This document shows positions 59,540 through 64,000 of a stretch of 64,000 bases of DNA, in pieces. The stretch's first letter is position 1. Every line of letters starts with the position of its first letter. The DNA comes from Hypanus sabinus. Taxonomy: Eukaryota. Below the pieces are notes generated by a model that was given only the letters and a program-made list of their open reading frames with translations, searched no databases and was not told the DNA's origin. Both the position numbers and the translations under genes were made by a program. The DNA lies in assembly GCF_030144855.1 (NCBI RefSeq), contig NC_082710.1, positions 149,234,001 through 149,298,000 on the forward strand. The letters are read 5' to 3'.

Positions 59540-59997
59540 CATTTGTAAGGCCAGTGATGTTGTGGAACTGGACTCTGATGGTGGTGTCTGAAAGGGTCTT
59601 TTTTTTGCTTCCGGTCTTTTCTGCCCCGGTGCGCATGCGTGTAACTAGTCGAAAAGAGGCTGCTGTCCAAGTTGTATGCCATCTTGCACAATGACTCCCA
59701 TCCACTCCATAATGTACTGGTTTGGCACAGGAGTACATTCAGCCAGAGACTCATTCCACCGAGATGTAACACTGAGCATCATAGGAAGTCATTCCTGCCT
59801 GTGGCCATCAAACTTTACAACTCCTCCCTCGGAGTGTCAGACACCCTGAGTCAATAGGCTGGACCTGGACTTAATTTCACTTGTCATAATTTATTATTAT
59901 TATTTATTTAATTATGGTTTTATATTGCTATATCTCTACACTATTCTTGGTTGGTGCGACTGTAATGAAACCCATTTTCCCTCGGGATCAATAAAGT
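59540..59997 (+). mobile_element. Rex1/Babar-like LINE 3' end
   Basis: LYAILHNDSHPLHNVL..STFSQRLIPPRCNTEHHRKSFLPVAIKLYNSS; aataaa near the end. Confidence 0.7.
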
Positions 59998-60250
59998 CCC
60001 CCTCTTCCCCTCTCTTCCCCCCCCACCCTAAACTCCATCCTCCCATCTTTGACCATCCTAGTACCCTATTCCTGTTTATCCATCATATCCTGTTTAAAAA
60101 AAAACCTCTACCCCTTAAGGAAGCTAAAACTACCCTCACCTGTGTTCTCTCACTCATGCCCAGCAACCCTTTTAATGTGAATTCCTGCACCCCCCAATTC
60201 CCTTAGATTAATTCTCATCATCTGTCTCTGTATCCCATATGGGTTTAGAG

Positions 60251-61427
60251 TAGTAGTCGCCAACCCATCGATCGTGATCAACTAGTCGATCTTTGAGACT
60301 TTCCCAGTAGATCCCGAAAAAAAATAAATCCACAAATACTGTTGAGAGATTGTTTCTGGGTTGTGGGGTTTTAGTTCCGTTCTTTCTGCCCAGTGCGCAT
60401 GCGTGTAGCTCCCCCACACTACACAGTGTAATTCAGTGGCCCCCAACCACCAGGCCGTGAGGAAACAATACACTTTTCTCCATTCCCTGTCATGCCCACT
60501 GTTGAACTTGAACCCACATGAGGTCATTGGTCGCCTAAACGCAGTGATACCCTCGTGGCAGGTTGGCCTCGGGTGGCCGGCGGGAAGTGCCGTTGGTACT
60601 GGCCTGGATGGAGCGAGGACAGATGGGTGCCGCCTCTGAACCTGTTTACCACACTGAACGTTCGTAGCGAACCCAGTGCTAAAATATTTGCAGACGACCT
60701 AATTCAGGTTCAAGGTTTCTTAAGTATCAGAGCAGCTACCACGCTGTGATCTACCAAAACAAACTTTTGTTGGCTGATAGCTCGTACAAGGGGGGGCAGG
60801 CTGGTGCCCTGTCGCACTCCTCGCTCAGCCGGCCACTCTCTCCGGACTGCGACTGCTGTGGCCCTGGCACGGGGCCCTCCTGTCGTGACCTTGTCCTCTC
60901 CCCCCATCCACGACCAGCCGCACCTGGCCAAGGCGTCTGGCGGTGGGTGGGCGGAGGCTGCAGTTCAGGCCAGGAGGCTTCCGAGGCAATGAAGCCCTCA
61001 AAACGGCTTCGGCACCTTGAGTCCAAGCACCCCACACTTAAAGACAAATGCGTTGAGAATTTTCAGCAGAAAAAACGTGAGCAAGCGGGACAGAAGTTAA
61101 GTGCCAAGAGCCGCGAAAACTAAGTTGCAGAATAGACTGACTGGACATAAGGAACCTGTATCGGTGTATTCTGGTCGTGTTTAACACCAACCCCCACCCC
61201 CCTCCCCCGTTGGCCGGTCTGCGAGGATATTGTCAATATTAAACAGCTCCGCAGTGCAAAAAAAGGGGTGGGTACCCCTGGGGTTTATACATCATTTCTA
61301 CTTCTGAGTTACGGGGTTTTACTTACGGTCTTTTCTGCCCTGGTGCGCATGCGGGTAACTAGTCGATCTCATCTTTCACTAAGGCCGAGGTAGGGGATCT
61401 TGGGCTTAAAAATGTTGGTGACTGCTA
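60251..61427. mobile_element. Non-autonomous hAT (Charlie-type) element with a transposase remnant
   Basis: 8-bp TSD GTTTAGAG at 60243-50 and 61428-35; TIRs TAGTAGTCGCCAAC / GTTGGTGACTGCTA (12/14); EAMKPSKRLRHLESKHP near 60985-61040; inner hAT-like ends at 60434 and 61280. Confidence 0.88.
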
Positions 61428-62779
61428 GTTTAGAGGATGGCGCAGGAAGAGCCCATTCAATCCTGTAGATCCGTGCTGGAGTACTGCTTCCTTCCGACAC
61501 GTTAATGTGAGGTAAGTGTGTGTGGGGGGAGGGCATTTACACAGGACAGAGAGGGGTTTGGGCTGGGTTGTGGGAAGCAGCTTAAATGTGTTTCAGTAGG
61601 GTAATGAGGTGCAGCACCTTTGAGTTGTGAAGGAGAGGTTATTAATTTGTTAACCAGATGGGTCTATGTACTGGCTGGTGCTGACCATCCTATCAGAAAT
61701 ATTGTCCAATCCCTCCCATCTGTTGTTACGTGAATGAAGTCACCGGAGAAAGTTACTAGTAGATACAAGGCAGCTTCTTTATTCGACAAAACAAGGTACA
61801 GCAGGCATCGTATAGAGATGCTTCCAGTGGAAGGGAGTTGTTGGCCCAACACGGGGCTTGATATTTTATGTGCCGAACATCAAAGGACATTCCATATTTA
61901 CAATGCCTGGACAATGCTTTCTTTGAAACTACATACAATCTTCACACCTTAGTTTCACATCCACACCACAGACATCCAAATGAATATTAATCAAAATTGT
62001 CTGGACTGGGATTCCAGGAATTTCGGAACCCATTGTTCAGAACTGCACCCCAAATTAAATGCACAATAAATTTTCAGACGTGAAGACTGGCAGCCAGTCA
62101 ATTGTTAAATGTAAATGTCCTAAACTCAAAAACCACTCTAACACCACCCACTTGTTTCCTCACTTTCCCAGTTCTGGACCTGAAACAATATCTGTGGTGC
62201 TGCCTGGGCTGTTCCGAGTTTTCAGTTTTATGGTGCAGCTGATCTTGTATCTTCCTTCCTCTCCCAGGGATGAAATCTTCGGAGTTTCTGTAGCTCTGTA
62301 TTTTTACTGGATCGGTTCCTAGCCTCGTGCCCAACCCTCCTCCTTTCCCAGCTGGTCTCGGAACCACCCGTGGCTGAGTTTTTCCTGTTGAAGTGTCCAA
62401 AAGCCTCTTTAATGTAGTGTTAGTATTCGATTGCACCACGTCCTCTTGCCGTAAGTTCCAGATATCAGCCACTCTACGTGTAAAAACACCAGATCTCCTG
62501 TAAAACTCCTTCCTCTTGCCTTAACCTACGACCCCGTGTTTTAATAACACTATGATGGGACAAGGACTTTGACTGTCCATCCTATCTGTGCCTCTTACAT
62601 ATCAGGTCACCTCTTGGCCTCCCAAAGCATACTGAGCAGAAATGTTGACAGTGCTCAGTGCAGACTCACCACTGTTTTATGCAGTTCCATCATAGGGAGA
62701 ATGAGATTTTCTTTACCTTCTCAGTCAAGGATAATCTGAAAACTCTCTGTATATCAAGAGTAAAGGGGTAATTGGGGAG

Positions 62780-64000
62780 AGCAGAGGTCCCTGAAGGATC
62801 AGTGTGGCTGTATATATGTGGAGCCAGAGGTCTCAAATAAATACTTCCCATCTCCACTTACTGGGGAGAAGGTCATGCCCAAGCTGGGAATTCAGGAAAG
62901 ATTACAGAGACATCCTGAAACATTTCAATATTACAAATGAGATGTCGGTGTTCTTGAGGTGCATAAAAATGGACAAATCCATGGGTCTGAATGAGAGTAT
63001 CCTAGGATATTATGAGAATGAAGGCAGAAATTGGTAGGGCCCTGGGAGATCCGTTTCTTCAACAGACAAGAATATGGCACCAGAAGACTGGAAAATACCT
63101 GATGATGTCCTTTTATGTAAGAAAGATTGCACGGGCAAGCTAGGGAATTACAAGCTGTTGAGCCTAATGTTAGTGCTGGAAAATTTACCAGATGGGATTC
63201 CGAGAAACTGGATCTACCTGTATTTGGAAAGGCATATCTGAGAAACTGTTTCTCACAAATCTGATTGAAGTCTTTGAAGAGGTGACCAAGAGGATTGACA
63301 AGGGATGGACAGTGTATGTTGCCAACATAGACTTTAGAAAGGCTTTTGATAACATCCTACATGATAGACAGGTCCAGAAAGTGAGAACACATGGGACCCA
63401 GGGAAAGCTAGCCAAATCGATACATAATTAGCTCAGTGGTAGAAGTTAGAGTATGACAGTGGACGGTAGATTTTTCAGATTGGAATCCAGTGATTGGTGT
63501 TGTGTTGCAGGCATCAGTTTTGGAACTCCTATTGCTTGTTATTTGTGTTTATGATTTGGATGAGAATGTGGACGCCATATTTGGAAGTTTGCAGATGACA
63601 ACAACTTAACTAAAGAAACAGAACAAGGCATGGGTGCACTGATAACTAAAATAAGATACATGTGAAAATAATCAGCTAATAATTAGGAGAGGAGCAGCAG
63701 CGGAGCTTGGAGGATTTGGTGCCCCCTGATTGAAGCATGGCAGGTAGTGAATAAAGAGATTGGCATATTTACCATCATTGGTCATGTTACTGAGTACAAG
63801 ACTTGAGATATCATGTTACAGTCGTACAGGACATTGAGAATGCACTTGTGTATATTCTGTGCAGTTTTGGTCACATAGCTATAGGAAGGATGCAATTTTT
63901 TAGAAATGATGCAGAAAAGATTCACACGCAGTTACCAGAACAGGAGGGCTTGAGTCATAAGGAGGGATTGGAGAGGCAGTGACTGTTTTCCATGGAGCGA
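62780..64000 (+). mobile_element. Decayed CR1 RT fragments
   Basis: LTNLIEVFEEVTKRIDKG..IDFRKAFDNILH. Confidence 0.75.

Noticed and set aside
61437-61517. Strong-Kozak 22-aa ORF (MAQEEPIQ..) followed by G|GTAAGT, as the first exon of another gene
   Set aside because: The stop precedes the donor, and the upstream promoter-like motifs belong to the hAT element ending at 61427; no further support.
61720-62500. LTR-like and integrase-like sequence
   Set aside because: Probably Gypsy debris, but too degenerate for me to assign boundaries or motifs.

Overview
Vertebrate genomic DNA, most likely a cartilaginous fish and probably a ray (inferred from an HE1/V-SINE-type repeat, the CR1/Penelope repeat landscape and shark-like class I sequence). 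The window holds a tandem MHC class I heavy-chain cluster on the + strand, buried in transposon debris (L1, CR1, Penelope-like elements with hammerhead ribozymes, Gypsy, HERO-like, Rex1-like, hAT, SINEs). Gene A has a promoter, a leader exon at 17044, a 20.3 kb intron 1 and alpha1/alpha2/alpha3/TM/cytoplasmic exons at 37410-44604. Cassette B (46374-49333) has intact alpha1-to-tail exons but no promoter or leader of its own. Gene C shows only its promoter and leader exon (59066) inside the window. The main observation is the A-B junction. A's last exon runs in frame into a Penelope GIY-YIG fragment. That fragment is joined by a 6-bp microhomology to B's distal intron 1. One promoter and leader therefore sit upstream of two divergent class I cassettes whose exons are all phase 1-1. 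A has also lost its normal alpha3 donor but has an in-frame cryptic donor 48 nt downstream. Both promoters carry class-II-like X1/X2/Y boxes. Exon coordinates were read base by base; transposon boundaries are approximate unless a TSD is quoted. No expression data are available.
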